A stretch of DNA of 64,000 nucleotides from Candidatus Micrarchaeia archaeon (lineage in GTDB: Archaea > Micrarchaeota > Micrarchaeia > Burarchaeales > Fermentimicrarchaeaceae), in assembly GCA_038871515.1 (NCBI GenBank), contig JAVZHX010000001.1:318915-382914 (forward strand), written 5' to 3'. The translations under genes and the position numbers were made by a program. Each line of letters starts with the position of its first letter. Within the stretch, counting starts at the first letter, position 1. Below are positions 1-8,590 of this stretch, in pieces. Under the pieces are notes generated by a model that saw only the letters and a list, made by a program, of their open reading frames with translations, was not told the origin of the DNA and did not search any database.

Positions 1-1706
1 TGAACAACGTTTAGAAATATCGCCAGAAGCAAGCACAGCACAAGGAATAAAGCAAGCTCAGTTGGGTATTTCTCAACTTTCTGAACTTCCTCAGAGACAC
101 CTGTTTCCTCCTCAGGGCTTTCAAAAAGCTCCATTATTTTCACCGCATCCTCATCAAGCGAATCCGCATAGATTGCAAGGAGAACTGCTGATGACTGGCT
201 TCCCCCTCTCTGCATGCTTACTTTATAAAGATACTCTGCATGGTTTCCATAAAGCGCAGCCCACAACCCCCTCCACTCCCTTTGTTTCAGTAGTTGGTCA
301 GTTAACGAAGCATTCTCGCCCTCAACCATCTTTATTGCGCTTAACAAGTATTCTGAATCAAAAACTGCAGCAACAAATGAACCATTATCAAACTCTGTTT
401 TTGCAGCTTCAAAACGCCAGCCAGCATCGCCAAAATCGCTCCCTCCATATGATTCAAGCTTCTGCGCAGCTTCCTTTATTTTACCAGATGCAAATCCCTT
501 CAGCTTGCTTTCATTCACAGGTGTCCCACCAATTCTATATGCAACAGCAAACATTTCATGCGAGGCATTGCACCAGCTTTCTGCAGTTAAAAGTTCTTTA
601 AAAATGAAAAGAAGCGACTCATCATCAGTCAGGTTGCTCACAACCACCTCCCCAAGCTTCTTCTTTGCCCATGCAAGCCTCTCCTCCCCTCCAGCAACCC
701 ACTCAAAATTCTCATAAGTCATTTTTGGTTTAACTGCAGTTTGAATGCATTCTTCAACTTCTTTAACGCGTGCTTTCAACCCACCTGCCGTTATATCGCT
801 TTCCTTAAGAAAATTCAGATTTATCCCTGCAAGAAAAGCCGAGTTTGCTCCAGCGTAAATGAAATTCGCATTCTCCGCTTCCTCCGCTCCCTCCAAATCG
901 CTTTCTATCGCAGTTAAAAAGTAGGAAAACTCAGTTCTATTCTGTTTCCTAACCTCCTCAAGCGCGCTCCTGCCGTAGTTTATTATTCTTCTTGCAAGCT
1001 TCTGAAACTCCTCAAGGTTGCAGTTGGAACAAGAGACACTAGTTGGAGTTAGGTTCACCCTCTCCTTTGGTTTTACCTCCATAACATTGCTTTCCAGAGT
1101 TGTATTTGGTGAGCTGAAAGCAACCTGCATTGCGCTCTGCACATTTTCAACTTCAATTATTGTAATATTCCATTTTCTATCAAGTATGCTGAGCACCATC
1201 TTGTCAAACATATCATAGTTTTTCGGAATGAGTATTACTTTCATTCCACCAAGCACAGCCGCTCTTGTTTTCTTACCAACCTCTCCAACTTCGCCAACAG
1301 AGCCGTCCTGTTCAATTGTTCCAGTTGCAGTTAAATCCTGCCTAAGCGTTTTATTCTCAAGTATTGAAAGCATAAGCAGCGTCATTGCAAGCCCTCCGCT
1401 TGGGCCGTCAACTGATTTTGCAGTTCCATAATCGTGCAGGCGCACAAGCACATCGTAGTTTTTTGTATTAACTCCTGCAAGCTTCCCTGCAACTTTGAAA
1501 GCAGTTCTAGCTGATGTTTGAGTTTGAGCGCCAACAAGAGGGCTGGTTGCAACGTAAACAATTCCCTCTCCCTCCCTTATTTCAACTTCAATATGAACCA
1601 GCTCTCCTCCCTCCAGCAGAACGACAGCTGGCACTGGCATGGAAGCTGTTTTCGCATCTACTATTAGAGCAAAAAGCAGAACTGCCATTATGAACTTTTT
1701 TTTCAT
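1..1706 (-). CDS. Secreted or membrane-anchored Lon-like S16 peptidase-domain protein. The 3' end of the gene runs off the left edge of the window. Not in the ORF track because no stop codon lies inside the window.
   Basis: Manual minus-strand translation from the ATG at 1706 (GGAGG Shine-Dalgarno at 1711-1719) gives MKKKFIMAVLLFALIVDA..., a signal peptide or TM helix. A Lon proteolytic domain follows, with the catalytic motif DGPSGGLAMTLLML and the downstream GKKTRAAVLGG lysine region, then about 350 aa of unknown domain. The frame is open to position 1, and every + strand ORF in this region is short and fragmented. Confidence 0.5.
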   Translation of the reverse strand, partial: MKKKFIMAVLLFALIVDAKTASMPVPAVVLLEGGELVHIEVEIREGEGIVYVATSPLVGAQTQTSARTAFKVAGKLAGVNTKNYDVLVRLHDYGTAKSVDGPSGGLAMTLLMLSILENKTLRQDLTATGTIEQDGSVGEVGEVGKKTRAAVLGGMKVILIPKNYDMFDKMVLSILDRKWNITIIEVENVQSAMQVAFSSPNTTLESNVMEVKPKERVNLTPTSVSCSNCNLEEFQKLARRIINYGRSALEEVRKQNRTEFSYFLTAIESDLEGAEEAENANFIYAGANSAFLAGINLNFLKESDITAGGLKARVKEVEECIQTAVKPKMTYENFEWVAGGEERLAWAKKKLGEVVVSNLTDDESLLFIFKELLTAESWCNASHEMFAVAYRIGGTPVNESKLKGFASGKIKEAAQKLESYGGSDFGDAGWRFEAAKTEFDNGSFVAAVFDSEYLLSAIKMVEGENASLTDQLLKQREWRGLWAALYGNHAEYLYKVSMQRGGSQSSAVLLAIYADSLDEDAVKIMELFESPEEETGVSEEVQKVEKYPTELALFLVLCLLLAIFLNVV

Positions 1707-1720
1707 TTTCCTCCCTTCAA

Positions 1721-1793
1721 TGCGGCCGCCGGGATTTGAACCCGGCTCGCGAGCTTGGCAAGCTCGAGTCCTACCAGGCTAGACTACAGCCGC
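1721..1793 (-). tRNA. tRNA-Gly (anticodon GCC)
   Basis: Reverse complement GCGGCUGUAGUCUAGCCUGGUAGGACUCGAGCUUGCCAAGCUCGCGAGCCGGGUUCAAAUCCCGGCGGCCGCA folds as a cloverleaf. The 7-bp acceptor stem is GCGGCUG/CGGCCGC, the anticodon loop UUGCCAA gives GCC, and the T-loop is UUCAAAU. CCA is not encoded. Confidence 0.85.
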
Positions 1794-1799
1794 AACAGA

Positions 1800-1873
1800 T
1801 GCCGTGAGCCGGATTTGAACCGGCAACACTCTGGTCTTCAGCCAGATGCTCTCCCAGGTTGAGCTATCACGGC
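1800..1873 (-). tRNA. tRNA-Phe (anticodon GAA)
   Basis: Reverse complement GCCGUGAUAGCUCAACCUGGGAGAGCAUCUGGCUGAAGACCAGAGUGUUGCCGGUUCAAAUCCGGCUCACGGCA. The acceptor stem GCCGUGA/UCACGGC is fully paired, the anticodon loop CUGAAGA gives GAA, and the T-stem is GCCGG/CCGGC. Confidence 0.85.
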
Positions 1874-1921
1874 GCAAGAGTATTTTTGGCAAGTGAGTTT
1901 AATAACCTTTTTTGTAGCTTT

Positions 1922-2365
1922 TCAAACAATATGGCTGAAATCCTCCTTCACAACGTTAAGGACGAAGTGTGTATTTGTTCTTTCAACATTTTTCAAGCTG
2001 AGCAGATGCTTCACAAACTTGTTCAGCTGCTCTCTGTTTTTGAATTTTGCAACAACAACTGCATCGCACTCGCCAGTCACATCATAAACGGCAACCACAT
2101 GAGGAAGCTTCGCAATTTCCTCCTCCGCAGCAACAAGCTTCCCTTTTCTTGCAAACACCTCAATAACTGCAGTTAGCTCATACCCAAGCTTCTCATAGTT
2201 AAATGAAACGGAGTAGCCCTCTATCACTCCCATCCTCTCCAGCCCTCTCACTCTCTGGATGACAGTTGAGGTTGATACCCCAAGTTTTTTGGCAAGCTCT
2301 CTGAAAGAGATTCTTGAATCCTTGCTGAGCTCCCGTATTATTCTCTCATTCAAAACATCAAACAT
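1922..2365 (-). CDS. lrp: Lrp/AsnC family transcriptional regulator
   Basis: 147 aa with an N-terminal HTH (RISFRELAKKLGVSTSTVIQRVRGLERMGVIEGY) and a C-terminal RAM/AsnC_trans fold. It is divergent from glnA, a common archaeal arrangement. The SD GGAGGTG lies 6 nt upstream of the ATG. Confidence 0.85.
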   Translation of the reverse strand: MFDVLNERIIRELSKDSRISFRELAKKLGVSTSTVIQRVRGLERMGVIEGYSVSFNYEKLGYELTAVIEVFARKGKLVAAEEEIAKLPHVVAVYDVTGECDAVVVAKFKNREQLNKFVKHLLSLKNVERTNTHFVLNVVKEDFSHIV

Positions 2366-2462
2366 CTGTTCACCTCCATGTGTTTTTTATCATTTATTTT
2401 GAATAAACGTATTTTAAAATGTATTATTTTAGAATGTTTGTTTTATTTTTTTATAAAAGAAC

Positions 2463-2476
2463 AAAATTATATATTT
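2463..2476 (+). promoter_or_regulatory. Putative TATA box for glnA (AAATTATATATTTC) about 28 nt upstream of the ATG at 2501. It sits in the divergent lrp-glnA intergenic region.
   Basis: AT-rich TATA-like element at the expected archaeal spacing. The same 135-bp intergenic region must also hold the lrp promoter and probably Lrp operator sites. Confidence 0.3.
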
Positions 2477-2500
2477 CTTGCTTGTTTTAACAATACGCTT

Positions 2501-3853
2501 ATGGGAGGAGAACAGCTAAGTGAGGAGGAGTTAAAAGGAAAAATACTGAAGGATGCGAAGGAGAATGGTTTGAAGTTTGTGAGCTTGCAGTTTGTTGATA
2601 TATTCGGCAATGCGAAGAACTGCGAGATAACAGTGAACAAGCTTGAGGATGTGCTTCACTCCGGCTTGTGGTTTGACGGCTCCTCAGTTGAGGGGTTTGT
2701 GAGAATTCATGAAAGCGATATGCTGCTCAAACCAGATTTGAAAACATTCACTTTCCTCCCTTGGACAGAGAATAAGGTTGCGAGGATGATATGCGATGTC
2801 TACACCGTGGAGGAGAAGCCTTTTGAAGGAGACCCAAGAGGAAACTTGAAGAGAGTTTTGATGAAGCTTAAGAGGGAGGGGTTTGAGTATAAAGTTGGCC
2901 CAGAGCTTGAGTTCTTTCTTTTCAAGATGACGGACGGCCCGACTCCAACTCACGAGCCACATGATGAGGGGGGATACTGGGATTTGAGCCCGTTGGATTT
3001 GGCAGTGGATGCTAAAAGAGAAGTTATTGTTAATTTGGATGCGATGGGGTTGGGGATAGAGAGGGGAACACATGAAGTTGCACCTGGACAGCACGAGATA
3101 TGTTTTAGATATGGGGATGCGCTCATGATAGCTGATAACGTTCTTACGTATAAAAATACAGTCAAAATAATTGCGAAGAAGTATGGTTTGCTTGCATCCT
3201 TCATGCCCAAACCAATTTTTGGGGTGAATGGCTCTGGGATGCACACCCACCAGAGTTTATGGAAAAATGGAAGCAATGCATTCTTTGACGTGAATGATGA
3301 ATATAACCTATCAAAAACTGCACGTCATTTCATAGCCGGACAGCTTCATCATGCAAGAGCGCTTGCTGCGGTTGTTGCGCCCACTGTTAACTCATATAAG
3401 CGTCTCGTGCCCGGCTACGAAGCGCCTGTTTACATTTGCTGGGCGAGAATTAACAGGTCTGCTTTGATAAGGGTACCAAAAGAGGTGAAGGGGAAGGGCG
3501 ATGCGAGCAGAATAGAGCTTCGCTGCCCTGACCCATCATGCAACCCATACCTTGCATTCGCTGCAATGCTGTGGACTGGTTTTGATGGGGTGAGAAGGAG
3601 GATGATTCCTCCTCCACCCGTTGAGGAGAATGTTTACCATTTTGATGATAAGAAGCTGGAAAAAATGTACATAAAAATGCTCCCCGCATCACTCAACGAA
3701 GCAACTGATGAGCTTGAGAAGAGCGGTGTAATTAAAGAAGCATTAGGCGAATATATTTTCAAAAAGCTTATTGAGATTCAGAGAAAGCAGTGGGAAGCAT
3801 ACAGAGTTCAGGTTACTCCCTGGGAGATAGAGAGATACCTTCCAATTCTGTAG
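2501..3853 (+). CDS. glnA: Glutamine synthetase type I
   Basis: Full GS-I signature regions are present (FDGSSVEGF, KPIFGVNGSGMHTHQSLW, NSYKRLVPGYEAPVYICWARINRSALIRVP). The real start is most likely the internal ATG at 2501 (MGGEQLSEEELKG). The ORF-track start at 2378 adds a low-complexity AT-rich leader that looks like promoter sequence. Confidence 0.9.
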   Translation: MGGEQLSEEELKGKILKDAKENGLKFVSLQFVDIFGNAKNCEITVNKLEDVLHSGLWFDGSSVEGFVRIHESDMLLKPDLKTFTFLPWTENKVARMICDVYTVEEKPFEGDPRGNLKRVLMKLKREGFEYKVGPELEFFLFKMTDGPTPTHEPHDEGGYWDLSPLDLAVDAKREVIVNLDAMGLGIERGTHEVAPGQHEICFRYGDALMIADNVLTYKNTVKIIAKKYGLLASFMPKPIFGVNGSGMHTHQSLWKNGSNAFFDVNDEYNLSKTARHFIAGQLHHARALAAVVAPTVNSYKRLVPGYEAPVYICWARINRSALIRVPKEVKGKGDASRIELRCPDPSCNPYLAFAAMLWTGFDGVRRRMIPPPPVEENVYHFDDKKLEKMYIKMLPASLNEATDELEKSGVIKEALGEYIFKKLIEIQRKQWEAYRVQVTPWEIERYLPIL

Positions 3854-3925
3854 TGGGCCCGCCCGGGATCGAACCGGGAGTTTTCACCGTGTAAGGGTGA
3901 CGTCTTACCATTCGACCACAGGCCC
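3854..3925 (-). tRNA. tRNA-Val (anticodon UAC)
   Basis: Reverse complement GGGCCUGUGGUCGAAUGGUAAGACGUCACCCUUACACGGUGAAAACUCCCGGUUCGAUCCCGGGCGGGCCCA. The anticodon stem is UCACC/GGUGA, the loop CUUACAC gives UAC, the T-stem is CCCGG/CCGGG, and the acceptor stem is GGGCCUG/CGGGCCC. Confidence 0.8.
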
Positions 3926-3961
3926 TTAATTTACTTAATTTAAGCTGGATAGTTTAATAAA

Positions 3962-5362
3962 TTAGGCAACTTCCTTTCCATCCCCTTTCTCAATCTTCCC
4001 TCCATACTCGCTCATCCCTGCCCTCCACCACGAGCCATAGCTTTCGCTCACCTGCTCCTCAACTGTTTTTCCTCTTTTTATAGCTGCCTCAACGTGCTTC
4101 TTTTCAATAAACTCACTTCCTTCAATAGAAGCCAAATCGCCAGCAAGCTTTATTATCCCAGAAATGCTTCTCAAACGAAGAGTTAAACCAGATGCATCAT
4201 CAATCAGCTTCGCCCTTTTTCTTGCTTCCTCAATAATTGCAAGGATTGCATCCGCGTTTGCATGCGGTATTCTCCCATCCTTCACAACTTCCTGTGCGAT
4301 GAACTGCACCATCTTCATTCTGTTCTGCTCATTATCCTCCATATATGTTCTGAGAAGCACCTCATAACCATTCCCAGATATTCTTGAGCGGAGAGGAGGA
4401 AGCAGCGAAGACAAATCATTAATATTCAAAGCAGCAACAAGTATGAAATCGCACGGGACATCATCTACCCTCACAGAAGCACCTGTGCTTGACGCGTTCC
4501 TCCCAGTTATTGGAAACTTCTTCTCCTGCATTGCGGTTAGTATATAACGCTGCAGGTAACCCAAATTTGCAATCTCATCTATGAAAAGCACTCCCTCATG
4601 CGCTTCATGAATTGCGCCTGGTATCACCCTCATGTAGGGAAGCACCCCAACCTCCGGATGCCCTCCATACGGGTCGTGGCGTATATCCCCAAGCAGCTCT
4701 GTTTCAGACGCACCTGTTGCTTGTATGAATGTGTTTCTTTTAAGCGGAACAATTACTTTTCTTGGCCTCATTTCAGAGTCAGCAACTTTTGTAAGTGACT
4801 TCTGATCATAAACCCTTACCTTATCCCCATCCGCCCTTTCATAAACAACCATCTCCTCGCTTCCATCACGGCACTTCCTTATCGTGTAAACTCTTCCGTT
4901 TGTTTTCAGTTTGCTTGAAATCAAATCATCAAACGGAGTCAAACCCTTAATCTGCTTATCAGCACCGCATTTCGGACAGGAGTATGGGTTTGTGCTTAGG
5001 CTTCCGCAAACGCTGCACGCGCAGCCAAGTTTCTCAGCAACATGGCGCGGTATTTGTGACAGAGGAACCAGCTTTCCCTCATTCCTTCCGGAGGTTGGCT
5101 TGAAATGCCTCACCTCAAGAATCGGCCTTTCAGGGTTGGAGAAGTTGTGCAACACCGCAATTTCCTCCTTTGGCGGTGGGATAAGGCGGGCAAGCGACTG
5201 GGCGATAAGGCTCTTCCCAGTTCCAGGCGGCCCAACAAGAAGCAGGTTTCTTCTCTGCTTTGCAGCTATCCTCGCTGCCTCAACTGCGCTGTTCTGCCCA
5301 ATAATCATCTCAAGTGGATCCTTAGGCAGAGCAACTTCCCTTGTGCTCTCCGGCAGGTCCAT
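3962..5362 (-). CDS. LonB-like AAA+ ATPase without a protease domain. It carries a C4 zinc-ribbon insertion between Walker A and Walker B.
   Basis: Walker A is LLVGPPGTGKS, Walker B is GVLFIDEIANL, and the sensor-2 region is PLRSRISG, followed by a helical lid. The Walker-A-to-B insert holds CACSVCGSLSTNPYSCPKCG where archaeal LonB has its TM hairpin. The protein ends about 130 aa after sensor 2 with no S16 protease domain. Confidence 0.6.
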   Translation of the reverse strand: MDLPESTREVALPKDPLEMIIGQNSAVEAARIAAKQRRNLLLVGPPGTGKSLIAQSLARLIPPPKEEIAVLHNFSNPERPILEVRHFKPTSGRNEGKLVPLSQIPRHVAEKLGCACSVCGSLSTNPYSCPKCGADKQIKGLTPFDDLISSKLKTNGRVYTIRKCRDGSEEMVVYERADGDKVRVYDQKSLTKVADSEMRPRKVIVPLKRNTFIQATGASETELLGDIRHDPYGGHPEVGVLPYMRVIPGAIHEAHEGVLFIDEIANLGYLQRYILTAMQEKKFPITGRNASSTGASVRVDDVPCDFILVAALNINDLSSLLPPLRSRISGNGYEVLLRTYMEDNEQNRMKMVQFIAQEVVKDGRIPHANADAILAIIEEARKRAKLIDDASGLTLRLRSISGIIKLAGDLASIEGSEFIEKKHVEAAIKRGKTVEEQVSESYGSWWRAGMSEYGGKIEKGDGKEVA

Positions 5363-5378
5363 GAAGTTATTTAGATGT

Positions 5379-5392
5379 TACAATTTTATAAT
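5379..5392 (-). promoter_or_regulatory. Putative TATA box (minus strand reads ATTATAAAATTG) about 20-25 nt upstream of the LonB-like ATPase start.
   Basis: AT-rich TATA-like element in the 54-bp gap between dnaG and the ATPase gene. Confidence 0.3.
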
Positions 5393-5416
5393 CGTTTTGA
5401 GGGAAAAAATAAAAAA

Positions 5417-6619
5417 TTAGAACTTTGTTGAGATGAGCATCTCCTCCGGCTTTCTGAATATGTTGCCAAGCTTCACCCCGAGAAGCACTTTCACTCCCTT
5501 GCTTTCAGCCAAATCAACAAGCCGCTGGGTTACTATTCCATCGAGCACAACTGCGTAAACTGGGGGTGACTCTGTAAGTGTTTTAATCAAATCCCTCACT
5601 GGAACCTCATACTTTAAATTAAGTTGCTCATCATACACCCTTGCCCTTAACGTATTTTCAAGCTCGTTTAAACTTGCCTGTAAAATTTGGGGTGGTTCCA
5701 CATCAGTTCCAATTTTTGTTATCTCTGATAAAACGTCTGGCTGGGCTTTTTCCTCAACTGGTTTCGCATATGGAATTTCCTCTGCTTTCACCCTTGCGTT
5801 CTCAACCTGCTCAATTGGAACCTTGCTTCTCAAGCACTTTATTATCTCCTTCCTTGTCAGCTCCTCCACTTCCTTTCCTGGAGGCGCCCTTGCTATGTAA
5901 TCTATTTCAGCAACTTGGGAAAGCTCCTTCAGTATTATATCCCCTCCCCTGTCCCCATCAAGGAAAACAGTCACTTCCTTCTCCCTGCACAAGGAAGCAA
6001 GCGACTTTGGAACGTTTGCTCCTCCGACTGCAATCACATTGTTTATATCATTTTTAAGCAGGTTTATCACATCAGCTCTCCCCTCAACAATTATTATTGA
6101 GTCATACGAGTTGATGTTTGGACCACTCGGAAGCTTCTCAGGCCCATACTCAGAAACCTCTGCTGTTTTCACCTCCTGTCTCACAAGCTCAGAAATCTCT
6201 TTGCTTTCCGGTATTTCTGTTGTGAGCAGCGTTTTCAGCAATGCTTTTGCCCTGTCTATCACAACTTTTCTCTTCGTATTTCTCGTATCCTCAATCTTCT
6301 CAACAGCAACCCTTGCTTCACAGGGACCTACTCTGTCAACTGTTTCAAGCGCAGCTGCAAGAATGCTTGTCTCCACCATATCCAAAGAAGAGGGAAGTAT
6401 TATCCTTCCAACGCTCTTCCCTCCTCTAACCTGCAGCTCAACCTCAATTCTCCCTATCCTCCCGTTTTTTTGCAGCTCCCTCAAATCAAGCTCGTCTCCG
6501 AGCAACCCTTCCGTCTGTCCAAAGATTGCACCTACTACGTCTGGCTTCTCAACAAGCCCATTTATCTCTATACTTGCGTACACAACATACTTCACGGTGT
6601 CAATATACATTTTCGCCAT
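5417..6619 (-). CDS. dnaG: Archaeal DNA primase DnaG (TOPRIM)
   Basis: The N-terminus MAKMYIDTVKYVVYASIEINGLVEKPDVVGAIFGQTEGLLGDELDLRELQ is typical of archaeal DnaG. The TOPRIM core has IIVEGRADVINLL and FLDGDRGGD. Confidence 0.85.
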   Translation of the reverse strand: MAKMYIDTVKYVVYASIEINGLVEKPDVVGAIFGQTEGLLGDELDLRELQKNGRIGRIEVELQVRGGKSVGRIILPSSLDMVETSILAAALETVDRVGPCEARVAVEKIEDTRNTKRKVVIDRAKALLKTLLTTEIPESKEISELVRQEVKTAEVSEYGPEKLPSGPNINSYDSIIIVEGRADVINLLKNDINNVIAVGGANVPKSLASLCREKEVTVFLDGDRGGDIILKELSQVAEIDYIARAPPGKEVEELTRKEIIKCLRSKVPIEQVENARVKAEEIPYAKPVEEKAQPDVLSEITKIGTDVEPPQILQASLNELENTLRARVYDEQLNLKYEVPVRDLIKTLTESPPVYAVVLDGIVTQRLVDLAESKGVKVLLGVKLGNIFRKPEEMLISTKF

Positions 6620-7036
6620 TCAATCACCTATTTTCTCTCTAAACTCCTCCAGTTTCCTATCAATCTCCTCAAAGTTCCGCAACCCAAGTATGTATTGAAG
6701 CTTCCTCCTCATCTCCGTATTTGGAAGGACATTGTGCGCTCGCAACTCCTCCTCAACTCTTGAGCATAGCTCCTCCCCAGTTCTATCAAAGTCAGTGAGT
6801 ATCACCGCTTTATCTGCAACTTTTGAAACTCTCTCGCAAACCCTGTCAGGAGACATATTTATCACCATTATTCTGTTTTTCACTCCTATGCGTTCCAGTG
6901 CTTCCTTATCTCTCTTTCCCTCCACGAGAACAACTGCCTCGCTCTCCGCAAGCTCTGTCAGAGCTGTGCTCAACAGCTTCATTTTCCTCTGCATCTTCTT
7001 TGCGAGCAGAGGAGTTGCTTTCTTCACTTCAATCAC
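6620..7036 (-). CDS. Small stand-alone Toprim-domain protein (138 aa), abutting dnaG
   Basis: Toprim motifs are present: VVLVEGKRDKEAL (the E of the acidic catalytic pair) and AVILTDFDRTGEEL (DxD). Its stop codon directly abuts the dnaG start, so the two are likely co-transcribed. Confidence 0.6.
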   Translation of the reverse strand: MIEVKKATPLLAKKMQRKMKLLSTALTELAESEAVVLVEGKRDKEALERIGVKNRIMVINMSPDRVCERVSKVADKAVILTDFDRTGEELCSRVEEELRAHNVLPNTEMRRKLQYILGLRNFEEIDRKLEEFREKIGD

Positions 7037-7132
7037 TCGCGTTGCAGAAGGTGTGAAGAGAATAAGAGTAGTGTACTGTGCAATGTTGACTGAATTTCAT
7101 AGATCGGCTTTCTCCATCAGCCATCCTTTGCA

Positions 7133-7160
7133 CAGCAGTTATATTTTGACTGAACTGCTA
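7133..7160 (-). terminator. Hairpin (stem AGCAGTT/AACTGCT with a 12-nt loop) immediately downstream of the CBS-domain gene
   Basis: Inverted repeat visible in sequence, followed by an A/T-rich stretch. A possible intrinsic-like terminator, or a regulatory hairpin ahead of the Toprim-dnaG operon. Confidence 0.25.
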
Positions 7161-7168
7161 TATAAACA

Positions 7169-7714
7169 TTAAACTGACTCCTCTTCAATGCACTCCTCGC
7201 AAACTAACTTGCCCCCGCTCTTTGTGAGCGTCTCAGAGTAGTTCCCGCATACCTCACAATGCCCCGAGGAAATTTCCACAGATGAACTTTCTATGTGCGC
7301 TCTCTCGTGCATTATGTCATAAAGGCCAGGTGATATTTTGATTATGTCAGTTTCACCGATTATGCCAATCAACCTGCCTTTTTCATTCACCACTGGCAAT
7401 CTCTTTATTCCCTCATCCCTGAGAATTTCTGCAGCTCTTTGAACTGTTTCATTTGGACTGATTGTTTTCAGTTTGGAGTGCATTACCTCCTTCATGAGAG
7501 TCTTTCTGGGGTCTCTCCCCTCAGCAACCACGCTGCGAGTTATATCCCCTTCTGTAACTATTCCAACTGGGACTTCATCTCTCACTATGATAACTGAACC
7601 TATCTTATGATCTCTCATAAGCTTCGCTGCCTCCATAACGGTGTTGCTTTCCGCGAGGGTTACAACCCCTCTTGTCATACAATCTCCTACTCTTATCTCT
7701 TTTACCTTCATCAA
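7169..7714 (-). CDS. CBS-domain pair protein with a C-terminal zinc ribbon
   Basis: Two CBS motifs (CMTRGVVTLAESNTVMEAAKLMRDHKIGSVIIV and VMHSKLKTISPNETVQRAAEILRDEGIKRLPVV). The C-terminus is CEVCGNYSETLTKSGGKLVCEEC. Confidence 0.75.
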   Translation of the reverse strand: MMKVKEIRVGDCMTRGVVTLAESNTVMEAAKLMRDHKIGSVIIVRDEVPVGIVTEGDITRSVVAEGRDPRKTLMKEVMHSKLKTISPNETVQRAAEILRDEGIKRLPVVNEKGRLIGIIGETDIIKISPGLYDIMHERAHIESSSVEISSGHCEVCGNYSETLTKSGGKLVCEECIEEESV

Positions 7715-7732
7715 TTATTTTTTGAATGAACA

Positions 7733-7742
7733 ATTTTATAAA
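7733..7742 (+). promoter_or_regulatory. TATA box TTTTATAAAA upstream of hjc
   Basis: Canonical archaeal TATA consensus about 35 nt upstream of the hjc ATG at 7776. Confidence 0.35.
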
Positions 7743-7775
7743 ACTTCTTAGAATACCCTTAACAGGTGTTTTTGA

Positions 7776-8156
7776 GTGCTCAGGTATGCGAAGGGTGCAA
7801 GAAGCGAAAGGGAGCTGATTAATTTATTTTCTGAGAGAGGTTACTCTGTAATAAGGGCTGCTGGAAGTGGAGTTAGTTCCCTCTGCCCAGACATACTTGT
7901 TTTCAAAGGGGGCAAGCAGTATGGGTTTGAGTGCAAAGCATGGGAATCAAGTAGTTTGAGCATAGAGAAAGAAAAAATAAAAGCATTGAAGGAGTGGGAG
8001 AGAAACACTGGGATAACAACATTTATTGCATGGAGAATAGGGTGGGTGGGCTGGAGGTTTATTTACCTTGATGAGCTTGAGGAGAAGGATAAAAACTACA
8101 CAATAACAATGAAGAAAGCTATGATGATAAACAGAGGAATTGAGGAGCTGTGCTGA
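7776..8156 (+). CDS. hjc: Holliday junction resolvase Hjc
   Basis: The N-terminus KGARSERELINLFSERGYSVIRAAGSG matches Hjc. The PD-(D/E)xK catalytic core is present (CPDILVF, GFECKAW). Length is 126 aa. Confidence 0.8.
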   Translation: MLRYAKGARSERELINLFSERGYSVIRAAGSGVSSLCPDILVFKGGKQYGFECKAWESSSLSIEKEKIKALKEWERNTGITTFIAWRIGWVGWRFIYLDELEEKDKNYTITMKKAMMINRGIEELC

Positions 8157-8203
8157 GGGATATGTTTTTTAACCACTAAACAGAATATTTATGGGGGTGT
8201 TGC

Positions 8204-8590
8204 ATGAAGGAGTTACTTGTGCTTGCAAAAGACAGAATAGGTTTGTTGGCAGACCTTTCAGCTGCGCTGGGGCAGGCAAATATCAATATTGAATCCATCT
8301 CTGCTGACACAATAGGTGATAAAGCGGTTATCCACCTTGTTGTTTCAGATGAAGTAAAAGGAAAGGAAGTGCTTGAGAGGAAGGGGTTTATTGTGATGAG
8401 CTCGGATGCGCTTGTTGTGAAGGTGCTTGACAAACCAGGTGAGCTCTCCAAAGTTGCAAGAGTGCTTGCTGATGCGAAAATAAATATAAAGAATGTTCAG
8501 CTTCTCACAAAGGAGGGAGAGATAGCTTTGTACATGCTGAGGGTGGATAACGTTAAAAGAGCTGAAAAGCTGCTTAAGGGTTATATGTGA
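8204..8590 (+). CDS. Tandem ACT-domain protein
   Basis: Two ACT-like repeats (LVLAKDRIGLLADLSAALGQANINIES and VVKVLDKPGELSKVARVLADAKINIKN). It overlaps the next gene by 4 nt. Confidence 0.65.
   Translation: MKELLVLAKDRIGLLADLSAALGQANINIESISADTIGDKAVIHLVVSDEVKGKEVLERKGFIVMSSDALVVKVLDKPGELSKVARVLADAKINIKNVQLLTKEGEIALYMLRVDNVKRAEKLLKGYM

Noticed and set aside
62-1431. Plus-strand ORFs 62-601, 505-717, 1018-1218 and 1228-1431 (low-complexity, Ser/Pro/Leu-rich translations)
   Set aside because: They are fragmented and lie antisense to a continuous minus-strand reading frame that encodes a clear Lon S16 protease domain with a signal peptide and a GGAGG Shine-Dalgarno. I read them as antisense artefacts.
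2378-2500. N-terminal 41 codons of the ORF-track glnA (MCFLSFILNKRILKCIILECLFYFFIKEQ...)
   Set aside because: It is an AT-rich low-complexity translation of the lrp-glnA divergent promoter region. The conserved GS N-terminus starts at the internal ATG at 2501.
2684-3692. Minus-strand ORFs 2684-3250, 2950-3276 and 3450-3692 inside glnA
   Set aside because: They are antisense to a strongly supported glutamine synthetase and show no domain signatures.
4164-6763. Numerous + strand ORFs within the Lon-like ATPase and dnaG (4164-4367, 4598-4798, 4911-5420, 5105-5374, 5641-6057, 6039-6698, 6470-6763)
   Set aside because: They are antisense to well-supported AAA+ and DnaG genes and carry no motifs.
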